From: Podarcis vaucheri
Taxonomy: Eukaryota
Strand: one strand, 5' to 3'
NCBI GenBank assembly: GCA_965113315.1
Contig: OZ220379.1
Length of the DNA stretch: 64,000 nucleotides
Shown: positions 35,005-51,030 of the stretch, one piece after another
How positions within the stretch are numbered: the stretch's first letter is position 1
Layout of the letters: the number at the start of each line of letters is the position of its first letter
Notes under the pieces: model-generated
The model's database searches: none
Told to the model about the DNA's origin: nothing
The model's input: the letters and a program-made list of their open reading frames with translations, nothing else
Position numbers and translations under genes: made by a program

Positions 35005-38000
35005 AATACAAAACCCCTGCAAGATGTGTTTGACTTAAAGACACAGCAAATTAAAACACTCCATGGGCTCTAAGGCACCCCAGTTGTACAGTGTTGTGGT
35101 AGGTAGGGTTGTTGTCCGAGGGTACTTGACAAGGATGAAGAGCAAAGCACTGGGTACCTGAGGTCAGTGCACAATTTCCCCATTTAGGAAGTTCAGTGTG
35201 ACAGCAGAATATCAATATGCTTTCTTATCTCAATACCTTACACTAGGAGAGTAATGATAAGAGCCATTTTGAAAAGGCACATGCAGAAGTGTTTTACCGG
35301 TGGTGAAAACGAGCAGCCCACTTGCAGAGAAAAGCCGCTGATTTGTACAGTACTACGGGAGGAAAACGCGGCTTAAGTTTCCCTTTCAAGTCAGTAGGCT
35401 TCCAGAACACTTCAGTTTAATTCCAAGGACAAAAGTAACGACCAGAAAATATAGAGTCAACCAAGTCTGCCAACCGCATAGTAACAAAGTCAGTTGATAT
35501 ACCACACAAAGTACTCACTTGCATAATTAAAATGCCAACATTTGCCGAATTAGTTTGCCTCAAAACTGTTCCTACATCACAGAAAGGAATCCTGTCCTAA
35601 GAGACAAGGGAGAGAACAAACAGACTTATAGGAGTATTTCTGCTTCCTTTAATAAAAGGAGAATGTATTATGTTCATTACATAGCCCTCAAACTTAAACT
35701 GAATTATTAAGACTGTATTGTATAGTCACTGTATAACCATTCCACTCTTACACCCTTAAAATACCATTCATAATACGGTTTTGTGACTTGGGCTTTCAGC
35801 TGCTCTTCAAAAACCTCTAAGCAGATTCACATAGTTTTGGATTTAAACCAAATTGTGAATTACATTTGCTACTTTATTATACAAAAGGGAGTCAAGTTGT
35901 GTTACATGATTATGTCACAGTAGACAATTCCATAATTTCTGTAAACTAAATTAACAATACACATTTTCTTCTTGCTGTAAATATACAAAAAAACCCCACC
36001 TTTCATTAGCTACAAATACAAAAATACTTCAAATTTTACAATGAGTAAGCAGACAAATTATATACACACTATGCCTTGTTTGTAACCAATCTAGCATATC
36101 TACCTGAAGAGTAAACACAATCAAATAATTGTTTTGCTCAAAACCATCAAACTGAGTAATTTGCTTTGCTCAATTGCACCAATTTCTGCATGCTTGCCAC
36201 AGAATGCAAACCTATCAATGTTGTTAGTTCAAGTTTCATAAACAATATCTAAAGTGCTTAAGGCATTTCCTCATGTCACCATACTCTAATTCCTTAAACT
36301 GATATGGAACTACCCAGCTGGGTAGCCAACAGAAGCACCTATGCCTCAGATTGTTCCACTAGCAGTAATGTTCCTCCGATAGGGATAACCCACCACTCCA
36401 AATGTATGTTTCCCAATACATGTCAAACCTCTAAACACTAGTACTGCATCTGGAATAAATATTGCAGATCCACTGAGTTGTGGAGAATTCACAGAGATGC
36501 CTGCATAATTCAGTAGAACTTGCAACTGTGAAGTATTCAGTCGATTCAGAGTCTGGATCACACTTGACAGTCAGCAGATGCAACCATTTTAAGACAGTTA
36601 AGTGCCTCTATTAACTGTACATAGAACAAAGGCCTTGCTCCAAAATATGTAATTCCGAGAGTATAGCAGCTTGATTCTGACTAGTTAGAAGCCCATTTAT
36701 ACTGGTCAAAGCATCATAAAGGTATTTACCACATTATATTTTCTTCCTAGAAGTAGTTGGCATGTTATCTGCATTGGGCATAACAAGCCAGTTATCAAAA
36801 CATCTTTATTTCACAAATCAAATATGCAAAGAATAAAAATGTGAACTTAAGTGCTGCAAATACAAAGGTATACGAAGCAGAACTACATGAAGGGTCTTAC
36901 AGAACAAACACATCATTACAATGGGATAAATACTGGGTTCCTTGATTGTTAGAAAACATGGTAAGACTGGGTAGAACATGGTATTTAAGGAGTTCTTAGA
37001 ACATGAGACATTTTACTGTGATTTGCTACTCTTTTGCAAGAGGGACAATGGAGTAAACAGATTGGATTAGCGTAGCCATTCAGCGATTCTGAGGAAGCAA
37101 TTTACATGGTTCAGTTGGGAAAGTTGAACATTCAAACTCAATTCTTAACACTTCAGAGACAACTGCAGGTATTCATTTCTCACAAGTGAAAAATGCTCAG
37201 ACGCACTTTATTAAAAAGTTTGCTTCTTACTATTCTGTGAAATTTCTCAAGAGTGAGACAGTAGATCACAGAATGTAAAAAAAACCAACACCCCCAAAAC
37301 CCTAGTATCAGGTTCTATGATGGAGAAATTAATAGGGAACCACACTCAAAATGTTCAAAGGTTGGAAGTTACCATAAAATCTGAACATGCCATCTACATT
37401 CTTAATATATGCTTCCGACATCATGGAGGAAACTCAGAACTTATGGAGCCTTTAAAACTGGAATGTACAATCCACTTTCAAAATCTACAGGAAAAGTGCT
37501 TTAGAGGTTTGAAGATAACATCATTCCGGACATTAACCATGTTACAAAACTAAGGTGTCTGATGCATCTAGCAGTTGACTAGGTACAGTATATTATTTTG
37601 AGCCTCTGGAGCAGTTTTCAGGGCACAGCCTAGAAACTAAAGATGTGGCAAGAAGCCATTAGCTTACAGATAAGAATGGCTGGCGAAACATGACTTAATT
37701 CTGAGCATACACTTAACCCCAAAAAAGTGTACCATGTGAAGTACACACTGAAACTGGCTGACAATACAAAAAAATGGGACTTAAACTGCCTCATTACTGA
37801 GCTCAGGTGATTTAACAGAGGAAAATGGAAGCACTTCGAAAAGCTCCTTAAGCTGACTGGTCAGAAATACTACAATCTCTTCCATTCCTCAAAGCATTTT
37901 TCATGGTTAATGGACACTGTCCAAATACCAGTTTAAAATACACTACTTGAGATGACTGTGTAGTTCTCGGCAATGTTATTCATGGTGCCCAACTGCGTAA

Positions 38001-38531
38001 AAACTACCTTGAATCAAAGGACAGTGATCAAAACCTAAGTATTTGTACCACACACCACCACCTTTTCATTACACTGAGTTATGGAAAGTTAAGACTGGCT
38101 TTTTTAGATGGCTCTCATTTTTAAAGCTTCTGTGTATTACCCTCCAGCTCATCTCCTTTTCCGAGGTCAAGGAGTGAGTGTTAGAAACCTAGAGAGAAGA
38201 AAAACAAGGAAGGCCTTTTAGACCAAGATCATACTTGCCTTTGTTGCGTGTTATACTGAAGTTATCTGTCAAGAATCCGTAAGACAAGTAGTCAAACTTA
38301 GTCTAACAGTAGTAGATAGCTACAACCTCAAATACCCAATTCTCTTTTTAAAAAAGATCAGTCTATTTTCCTATTACACTGCAGATTCACAGTACACTCC
38401 TGCTAACATTTTGGTTCAGCCCCACTAGTGGTGCTTAGGCCTCAGAAGTAGCAGGAACACATTAAAGCATTGCTCAAAAGCTCTTTGAGTAACACCTGCA
38501 AAGAAAAAGCAGTTAACATGAAGTGAAAATA

Positions 38532-38654
<123 letters not shown>

Positions 38655-39781
38655 CTAGAAAACCAATATATAAAAGATGGGGGGTCATCAGTGCTCTCTT
38701 CTTGCTCAGAGTCAATTAAAATCATGGCAATCACTGTACATCACAGCATTTTTCTGTCTGTCCCTCAAGTTTGTTGAAACCCCTATCTTCTCTATAACTA
38801 GCCCTTTTTTACCAAAAAGCTGACCAGGGGAACAGTGAGAATGACAATGACTAACAGTGCTGTCACTTTTTGAAAAATTAAGAGGCTCAAATCCAGTTTA
38901 GCCATAGTTATATTTTGAAACAGTTGCTCTGAACTGCTTAAACAGTGTCACCTTTTCTACTTTTAAAATTTGCTGTTAATATAAAAATAAAACTCAGGTG
39001 AGGAAATTCTCGCTATCTATATTGAGAGGAGGCTGACAGTTTAGCATTTTCTTACGTTTCTAACACAAGGTGGGGCGGGAAGTCTAGTTTCAACAGTGTT
39101 CTATATTACACTCCAGCTCCCATTCAAGTTTGTTTTAAGGGAGAAAAATTCACAACCCTACTTTAAAAACATACAAATGTTAAAATACTAAAACAGATAA
39201 AATTACTTCAACTTTCTAAGTATCTGGGTAGGCTCATCTAAACAAGAGAAGGTCTGTGATGTATATTCAGAACAAAAACAAAATTCTGCTCCCAGGCAAT
39301 TTTGTATAAGTTATGCACATTGTTTTGCAGTTACGAGGGCTAGAGTTATAATACATTGCTTTTTAAAAAAGTGTAAGCTAGAGATTTTCAGGGATCTGCA
39401 CATCTTTGTCCTCCTCCAAATACTGCTGGACTCCAACTCCCATCAGCCCCAGACAGCACAGGCAAAGGTCAGAGATAATGGGAATTACAGTCCAGGAACA
39501 TTTGAAGGGTCACAGGTTAGAAACCTGCATTTCCCCATTAGAGGTTTCTCTTCTTCGGGCATATACAGAGCCCTGGAGCTAGTCATCAAAGTGGCTGCTA
39601 GTTTTTCCTTGAGCAACCAAGTTTAATAAGCATATAAACATGTATAGAGGTCAGACAGTGACGCATCAATAACCCAAAAGCACCTGTGGCATTCAATGCG
39701 AGTCTTTTCCACATTATGAAATTATTCCTAAAAGTAACTGTAGAAAAATAGCCCTTGAAGCAGAAATGATGGAATGAGTTA

Positions 39782-40542
<761 letters not shown>

Positions 40543-41282
40543 TCAACAACATGGGGAGAGGACCAAAGGTTTCCCACTCCAGTGCAGATCATAATGATAA
40601 AAACTAAGAAAGCTTATCCTCCCTCCCCCCCCCCCGAAAAAAAACCTTTCCCACAATGCACAAGACAAGGAACTCATAAGTCACTTACTCTCAGCAGCTA
40701 GAAATATCATAACCAGATCCTGGAAGGACCTATCAGGAGTGAACATACACCACTGGTACCAAAAAGTATGGGAAACTGCCCTACCAGAAAAATTAACTAG
40801 CATGGGGACAAGCAAAAGAGGACACCTTCGCCCCGGTGTGGCTTCCCTTTACCACATATACAGCACAACAAGACAATGACCTACCCCCCACATACAAATT
40901 AATATGGCTAATCTGGACACAACAATCCTGCCCCCCTCCAAACAAACCATACTGCAACCAACCAAACGCAAGCAATCAAACTTTGGGCCCTCACATCTCT
41001 CAACATGACAATAAAACCCCCCAAATAATTATATTAATAAAGGACCTACCCATGAGATGCTGCCACAAAAACTCTGCACTATACAATAGAATGAAAAGAC
41101 CATTATCCTCCTCAACCCTCTTCCTCTTTTCTCCCAATGTCTATGGAAATAGAGTCTCGCACCAAATGTAAACAAACTGAAAAAGATTTTATGAATTGAA
41201 AGTGGAGGTGCTATATCTACTTTTCCTTGTGTGTGTGGGTTTTTTTTTTTTGTATCACAAAAAAATAATAAAAACTAATTTA

Positions 41283-41522
<240 letters not shown>

Positions 41523-43431
41523 TTAAATCCAGTTTTAGACTGTTTCACAGAAGCATTTATGGTCACAGATGGCTCACATGCTGTTAGAGGGGTCTGTTCC
41601 GGTAGCCATGCTGAAAGTCTCTATATCTATACAAATAGCCATGCACAGAAGAGGCTACCAGTAGAAGAAGAAAAAAAAAACATGCTAAGACAACAGAAAA
41701 GTTACTATTACTGAAGACTAGGAGGGATATGTGCAGGATAGGAATGAGTGAACTTGAAGTGTAATTCTGGGGGGGGGGGGGAGTGTCCCATTGATCCGAT
41801 TAGAAATGAGTTATTTTAAAATAAGATAGAAACCCAGTCCCAATACATTAGCCATCTTCCCCACACCTCTGGTGGCATGAATGTTGAAGTGGCATGAATA
41901 TAGCAGATATAGCATTTACTGTTTTCAGAATGAAGTTCTACTGTGAATTCTTAAGACATTTAAACGCAACACTGAAAAGGCCTTTGAACAAACGAAACGT
42001 ATTAAAGGAAAGTTACTTACCAAAAGAAAAAAAGAAATAAGTGAAAGCATGAAAAGACAGCAAAGCCAAGAAATTAAAAGCATATATTGGGGGGGGGGGA
42101 GGAAGGGGACACACCACAGTGTTTGACCCTACTCCAAGTACATTGTTACTAGGAAGCCTGCTACTTTCTGCTTTCTATCATAAAAGCAACACGTTAGGTT
42201 CACTGCCAGGTTATGTAGAAAAATAGCATGTTTGTTCAAGAGATGCTGCAATTGATACAAGGAAGGCACAAACTCAGAATAACTTCCCACTTCCACCAGA
42301 TCTACCAAAATGCTGACATGCTATTTTTCAGGTAAGTGCTCCAAGTTCCCTTCACCCAGAAGATGTCCTTAATATTAGCAGCCTTTACAGGTACACAACT
42401 GAATTTAAAATATTTTATATTTGGTACATTTGAAGACATGATTCAATACAAGCCGAATTCTCTGCGTTTAATTGTACTGTTGCAATGCCAACATGCATGC
42501 CGGTTTTGTTTTGATAAGCCACTGTGGAACTAACTAATGCAATTTCTATGGTGTTTTATCTGTTCATGTAAAATCAAAGAATAGCAAGTTCTTTGGACAA
42601 CGTGTATTCTCCAAAGGAAAACACACATTGTAGTTGCAAAATGCCAAAATACTTGTTTGGCCCGGAAACCCAGTCTAACTTCCAATTCTGTATGCCTAAC
42701 TCAAGTACCTGCATCTCCAGAGGGAAGAATACACAAGGGCTGAAATCTATACTGCAGGTGATACACGGAGACCAAATAGCCTTGTCCCCTTCTCCAGTAA
42801 TGCTACAAAAACAAAGCACCATGCTGCAAAATGATCCTCCTCACTTGATTGGCTACTGCTTGCAGAGGCCAGGACCAATAAGTGCAAAAACTCAACGTTC
42901 CTTCTTGAAATAAAATTACTTAATGCAGAGAACGTAAGACTGAGAGAAAAAAACCAGAATCTGCCTTTAAAGATTGTGAAGGATTTCTGTATTTAAAGGA
43001 TGCAGTTATGTTTGTTTAGTACTGGAAGAATCAAATATCCCCATTTATTACTACAAAGTGACAGACTAGGCCTATGGTCCCATTACAACTGGGGACACAG
43101 CCCAGTGTGTACCATAAAATACAAGAGGCATTAGCTTGTTGGCAACTGGTGCATTTTACGTTGCCTAATTTTAGTGTTAGCGGTTCTCATTTCTGTAAAT
43201 TGTCAAAACTTATATACAGGCTTGGTGATTTTACAGAAAGGCAGTTTGAACGGTAAATACAAAAGATGACAAATAAGTGGGGGAAAGAAGGATCTAAACA
43301 ACAAACAGTGGCTTGTCTACTGGTAAAGGCTGCTGGATTGATTCATGCTAACTCTAGAGAGCAAGAATTGAAAGGAAAATATTGGAGAGTAAAAAGCTGA
43401 ACCCTATGGCTATGAAGAGGCACACTGTCAC

Positions 43432-43464
43432 CTTGTATTGTTCTTCAGAAGGGTAATCTGGCAA
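43432..43464 (-). CDS. FSD1L: Candidate FSD1L 33-nt alternative cassette exon (S-CQITLLKNNT-R)
   Basis: TTTTTGTCTGACAG|TTGCCAGATTACCCTTCTGAAGAACAATACAAG|GTGACA; symmetric phase 2/2, no stop; resembles an insert (SVHVTSLKKHTR) I recall at this position in mammalian isoforms. Confidence 0.65.
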
Positions 43465-43799
43465 CTGTCAGACAAAAATAGGTAATTAAAAAGCTACTTC
43501 GTGGCTACACACAGACTTATTTTTTAAAAAAATATATTAGTATTTAAAACCACTACAAAACTGTTCTGATAACTATTAATAACTGTATGCTGTTCACAGA
43601 CTTACAAACAGAAAACACCCACTTGCTTACAAATTGAAATGTAACCAAAATGGTTTAAGAAGTCTGCATAAAATAGGTTTGGAATCTATTAAACCCTGTT
43701 TGAGTTTTATAGCCTTTTTACCTCTTGAACTTAATGTGTTACCAGCTCCCTGTTCACAGCTGGGGTGGGGGTGACATGAAATACGTTCCTATTACTGAG

Positions 43800-44575
43800 A
43801 CTACGGGAGTATAAAGTTTCCAAGGCCTGGAGTCTCCTCCTCCCTCTTACGGAAAATACTTCATGGGAAGTAAAAAAGTGGTCCGGGTATTTGGACTCGG
43901 CAATAGCTCACTTGACAACAATACATCTACTTGCTCCCAGACAATACTATTCCTATAGTATAGGAGAGCACATCCCTGTCACCTATGAACCGGCAATACA
44001 GTGGTGCCTTGGTTCTCAAACAGCTTAGTTGTTGAACAAATCAGCTCCCGAACACCGGTTTGTGAACATTTTCCAGAAGCCGAAGATCCGATGTGGCTTC
44101 CGCTTGAGTGCCGGAAGCTCCTGCAGCCAATCGGAAGCCGTGCCTTGGTTTTCGAATTGTTTCGGGAGTCAAACGGACTCCCGGAACAGATTAAGTTTGA
44201 GAAACCAAGGTACCACTGTATTTTGGTATGTGGCAATTGTGGAAGCTTACGGTATGCCAACAAACCCCCAACATTTAAATCCACCTTGGAGGAGGAGAGG
44301 AGAGTGAAGAAAGAGCCGTGAGTGGAGACGGAGCCTTTCCACATCCTCAGGACCCTCTGGGAAACTCAACTCACCTGGGTGGGGAGAGAACAGCTGAATG
44401 GGACACAGGATGAGAGTGAGGATGTGCCAGAAGGAAAATGAATTGATATTGATTCATATATGTTAGTAACTTGGTACTAATGTAACCTTTTCATATGTAA
44501 CTGCGATTTTGTAATATTTTGTTTAATTGGCTGTCGCTGCTCCGTTTTTTGTACAGCACTTAATAAAGGTTTTTA
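43800..44575 (+). mobile_element. Degenerate L1-like 3' fragment interrupted by a MITE
   Basis: With the MITE removed it reads IHLLAPRQ...FWYVAIVE(KLT after frameshift), resembling L1 ORF2 C-termini; T-rich 3' region and AATAAA near 44562. Confidence 0.4.
43999..44218. mobile_element. Tigger-like MITE family C
   Basis: TA|CAGTGGTGCCTTGGTTCTCAAAC...GTTTGAGAAACCAAGGTACCACTG|TA. Confidence 0.9.
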
Positions 44576-45244
44576 ATATATTAAGTGGTGTAGAAGTTAA
44601 ATAATCTAATCTATTTGGACAACAGAAATTATTCTTTAGACCAACACAATCATCTCAGAAAAGCTCCCCAACAGATTTTGTTTTTACAGGCCAGACTTTC
44701 TAACTTGCTAGAAATATATCAAATGATTTTTTGTAAAAAATAAATAAAAATCATTTGATAAATTTCATTTTTCTAATTTACATAGAAAAAGATGCTTCTA
44801 GAGAGCTCATGATTTGTGCATAGGTCATACGACTGAATCACATAAGGGCTAAATACTTAACCCTAAGAAGAATATGACTGCTAGTATTATTTTTCAGCAG
44901 GGGGAATTGTTTTTAGTAATGTACCCATGTTAGGGGAAAAACAAAACCAGAGCTACCTTGCAACACTGTCACTTTTTCCAGAAAAAGAAATTCCCCATTT
45001 CCAACACAGGTTTCAAGGTTATTCTCTTCAATAGATGCCTCAAAACTTTACCAGCAAGTATGCTATACTGCCAAATACATTAAGTTTAGTGTGAATAGAT
45101 TCATTAAGTTTATAGCAATATGAATAATCTCTTTTGCACAGGAAGACTTCCTACCTGATAGACCAAATTTATATTTGCTGAAACAGCCTTTAAATATGAC
45201 ATCTACAAGTTAACTTGATCGGAGGAGGAGCTCAGTTTCCCTTA

Positions 45245-45397
<153 letters not shown>

Positions 45398-48300
45398 TCA
45401 AAAGGTTTGTCACACCTTTTCTGAATGCAAAGAGTGAAGAAGTTAACATATTTAGATAGGCTGCCCAGGTTCCCTACCTAAGACAAGTCTACTTCTGATG
45501 CTATACTTCTAATTATTGTTTTTTAAATGCTTACTCCACCTGCCTGCTTTTATTTTAGAGAAAAATCAGCCATAGTGCCCAATTCAGAATATTGCATCAT
45601 AGAACCACAGAATTGTAGAGCTGAAAGGACTCCCAAGGGTCATCTAGTCTAACCCCCTGCAATGCACATGGCCTGTATGGGAATTGAGCCCATAACCTTG
45701 GCATGAACAGAACCACACTCTAACCAACTGAGCTAACTGCTGCTTGCTTTTGATCTGGATTGCATTGATTAATATTGCTCCCTCCCACTCTGCTCTGAAC
45801 CCGCCTCCCCCCCCTTAAAAAAACCCCCGATATCCACTACAAACAGCACCTTGGGTGCAAACAGTCTGGAAAGTGGTGTTTTCTGCAGTAAATCAGCACT
45901 GGAGCATGTTCTAGATTAGGGGCCCTTGGCTGCTTTGTCTCCAAAGTATGAGCATGGTTTTTGAAAATGCTAACTAATGTCCTGTGCAGTTTGGCCCTTA
46001 ATTTACAGTGCCAGGGCGTGCATCTTTTTCTGAAAGGCAGAGCCTGTTATAGTTCTCAATTTTAATCTGTGGAGGGGGGAAAATCCGTATGTAGGGCAAT
46101 TCTTTCTGTTAACTGTCAAGGCTGTCAGTGTGCCAGTAGAGCTGTACAGCAGGGACGGGGGAGCTGGGTCCAGCCAGGGAACCAGATCGTTATCTCTCCC
46201 ACTGTCCAAGGGTCCATCTGTCAATCACCTGACATCACAATGCCAGGTGACCCTGCTTTTGTTCGCACGGCTTGAAATCAAACTGAGTAGGTAGAGATAC
46301 AGCCCACAAAGCAATGCTGATCAGCAGCCCCTGCAAAAACCCTTTCAGCTTAGCTCCACATCTGATATCATATATGGACACCAGGTACTGGGCAAATGGC
46401 CATGGCTTGGCTAAAATGGAGGCCTGCAGGCTTGATGTCCCACAGCATTCTTCAAGTAATAGGTTTCCAAAAGTTCTTATGACTAAAGGCAGAATACAAC
46501 AAGTTATTTTCAAAGCTAACTAAGAGATGCCACTGTAAGCAAGCATGGTAATTTCCTCGGCAGAGCATTAGAAGATACATACAGGTTATAATAAATGTAT
46601 TATCATCAAATCTTTCATGGGTGAAGCCAAATGTGTAACAGGCATATATGGAGAGAATATAACAGAAATAGCTACGTTTTACCCAAGAGATATATTCAAG
46701 AAGCTTTCCAGCTTTTACTGACACTCAGAAAATGACAATGAGGTAGGTAGTAACTCTTCCAGAGAGTTTTTAATACAACAAAGCAGTCAGACTGAGTCAC
46801 TGCTCCTCGCTGGAATTTGTAGTGGGGTAAATTTAATCTTTGTTACTGCCAACTAAGCAGAATAATTGAGGCTATGTTGCTGTGTTTGCCTTCATTTTTG
46901 GAAGCTAAACAATATGTGTCACACTAAACAGACTCTATTCAACTAGAATGCATTAGACACGGTTCTTTAGTATTTCACAGAATACAAGAATTGAAATTCC
47001 GCTGTGAAAGGTCAACAGTATGTTTAAGCAATGCCGAACTTGATGATTCTACCAGGCAAATGCTCAATAAGAGCACTGTAAACGCATAGTGTTTTGAAGG
47101 TCAACTAGAAATGCTCACCTATCACCAAAATGGGAATAAGGTACAGCTCTAAGAGTGGCATACGTTGAAAAGGCTTGAATAGTTCCAGTTGTTATATAGC
47201 AGACATGGAAAGTTTTCCTAATGCCCAAAGATGTAGATGTGGAGCTGAGCAGTGCAACTCCTTAAAATGTATGGCAATAGTTCTAATTTTAGAAGTGCAA
47301 CATTTGGTGATACAACCCATTACAAATATACATCTGCAAGCTCATTTGCCGACAAGCCAAGTTCTTTTTAAATATGGAGATTGTTATGGAGATTGTTGCC
47401 TTGCACTCTGTTTTTGCCTTGCTAGGATTATAATCCAGTGCTTCAAAGATGTCCTCTGACTTAAAAATTAAGAATGCTTTTTAATACACTACAGTAGCAA
47501 TTTACCACTAAAAGCTTTCTAGAATTTTTCTTTCACCAATGTGCAAGTACAGAGACACAACTGGTAATTTCATACGGCATAAGTAAACTGATCTGACTGA
47601 TCTGTGCATTAGCCCTCTGCTGATGACATCTTTAGCACACTCACATGCAACCCAGGCTTGTACAAGTTGTCATAAATTGAAAATAAATCCCAAAGCTGGT
47701 TGGGAGAACTGAACCTTATACTAGTGGTGCACTTTGCAAGTCACTCAATGACATCATTAAGAACACTTCTCATCTACTGGACTACACTGGCAGTGCTTCT
47801 GCATTTCAATGAATTGTCCTGCTATTTTTAAAAATATAAACATTAAAATAAATGAGCAATATTCGATCCGTGGGCAAACAATCTGCAGCTTCTTGACTTT
47901 TCTGAAGAAATATCCTGAGCATGATTCAATATGCTGCTTGCAACACTTCTGATAATATTTATGCAGCCATATTATGCCACTCAGGTGGAACTGGTGATAT
48001 ATGTGTTTATGTCACTCACAGGGTGAAAGGCATTTTAAGAATCAGCAGAACATAAGGTTTCAATGCTTACGACAGAAAATGATCCCAATCTCTATCATGG
48101 GATAGGAAGAAAAGGTACCAGGCTCTTCACTGTTATATCAAATGCACCAATATGAGGCCATAGCAGGATAAAAGTCTGATAAAGAATCAGGAACATCAGC
48201 AAAAAGCCATGTTGTTTTATCCGTCCTCAAGTAAGTGAGCTAACAGTGTGAATCTGCTTTGGCAACATATTCCAGTCTGCAGCACTGAGACTTCGTAAGA

Positions 48301-48917
48301 TGGCAAGAAAGCCACTGATACCTCCCTAGCAGCTGACTAACTTGCAGGCCAGGAAAGCTAACAAAATCTTACTACTGTTTTGGCTCAAGTATCACACCAA
48401 GAAAGCTAAAAAAAATTATTGCTGCAGGGCCACAAACAAATCCGCCTCACAATTGCTATCAAAGTGGTTAAACGGTTGCATGGCTTTAAATTGATGGCTT
48501 AAAATTGGTAAATTTTTGTCAACTGCGTATCACAGCAGAGTTAGTTAGTGAAGGGGTTTAGGATGAAAAAATCTGCACTGTTTATCAAGTGGGAGTGGCA
48601 CTATTTAGCACTTCCATCTCTAATCAGTGCCATCTCCCTATGCTAGAATTTGTTTAGAAGGTGTATGTGCCCTCAGGTTAATGTTTCTCCTGGTACCATG
48701 TCAACAATTTTAAATAGCAGCCCTTTAGACAGTGCAAATACTATAGTCCTCTGCTTCAATCCTTTCCTCCAATTCACTTAAACCGGCTTTTGGGCCTAAG
48801 GACTGGAGGTACATTAAGGTACACAGCTGCTGCTCTAAAACAACACTGTACATTTTATAGCCAAGATGGCATTTGAGCATGCATTCTATATCCAAGCCAC
48901 TATATAGTTCTTAGCTA

Positions 48918-49088
<171 letters not shown>

Positions 49089-49308
49089 CTATAACTATAC
49101 TGTTTTAAAGTGCTGCTTCTCCCAAGCTACAGACAAATTTAAGTACTATATCAATATTAGCTGAAGTCGAGGAAAGTGAATGAGATCAGATCTCCATTTA
49201 TCATGCTGGGAGTGCAAAACATTTGCAAATGCGGGCTTCACATTAGATGGAGCTGACATTAAAAGATTCCCATGAAAAAGTATGAAGCTCATGTTACAAC
49301 TCAAGTCA

Positions 49309-49641
<333 letters not shown>

Positions 49642-50871
49642 TTAAAAACAAAATCCTATGGCTAAGGTCTGACCTGATCACTTTTATGTACTGCCCGATC
49701 CTATGCATTCATATTTAGAATTAAGTCCAGTGGGATGGCATGTACACAGGATTGCAGTTCTAAACTATGTGCATTCATTCTGTGATGAGTCTTAAAGTGT
49801 TTTTGCCTGCCTTTGTTATTGACTTCTGTTTCAGGTTGACCTTTTTAAAAAACGCAATCAAGTAAGGCTTGTGCTTAAGGGATCAAACAGCTACTGGAAC
49901 AAATATGCAATGCCAAGGAACATTCCCCAAAACAGTTTTAAAGGTTTGGTGTTTGAGTGCCACCATGTGTGAGGAATGCAACATCCAACTCTCATTCTCT
50001 CTCACACACAGAGAGGAAGAGGAGAGGTAGATGGGGAGGAGGAGGGAGAGAGAGAGCAAGGTTCCCTACAACTATTATAGCACAGCAAAGTAAGAGTGTC
50101 CCCTTCTTCAGGGGTAAAAGCCCCAAGACTTTTAGACTAGCTAAATATTTAATCCCAGAGATTACTATTTTCTCTTAATTGGGAAAGCTGAAAAAGAAGT
50201 TTGCTACATTCAAATTCAAACACGGGGTGGATAAAGGTCTGTTTCTGATATACATATTTTTATTTTTTTGCTAGGAAGGGGGAGAAAGAGAAGCAGGAAC
50301 AATGAGAATCAATAAGTACTTTGACATTCTGGACTGAGGTGTCAGCAAGACAGTCAGCATGAAATGTCAAAAGTTGGGAATGTCAGAAGACTCACTTCGG
50401 GTTTCATCATTTAAAGCTGAGCTGTTTTAGCCATCAGTTAGAATTAGTGTCCAATGCAAACACTCAGAACTGCACAAAGTCTTTATGCCAAAAGATCCCA
50501 AACAATTCATCATCCACAAGATAAAATCAGATCTGAAATCCTGACAGTTTTAATTTGATACTTCAATACAAAGTCTTAGATTATCCTTGCATGAGCAAAC
50601 TCAGGCACAAAAATACTACTTGCAAAGTGGCTGTGCAGAGGGAAACCTCTGCAAAAGTACATTTGCAGCACCCCGAGTCTCAGTGGCCCGGAGTGCCTTC
50701 CATCAGCTTCGGCTGGTGATCCCGCTATGCCCCTATACACCTTTAGGCGGCAGGCAAAAACGTTCCTTTTTAACCAGGCCTTTGGTTGGTTTGATTTTAA
50801 AATGTGGGGGCGGGTTATTGGGTTGTTATTTTGGTTATATATTTTGTGGCAACAGTATTCCAAAGACCTCA

Positions 50872-51030
<159 letters not shown>

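Noticed and set aside
40790-41180. C/A-rich 111-aa ORF
   Set aside because: Low complexity, intronic and antisense to FSD1L; probably a decayed repeat I cannot classify.
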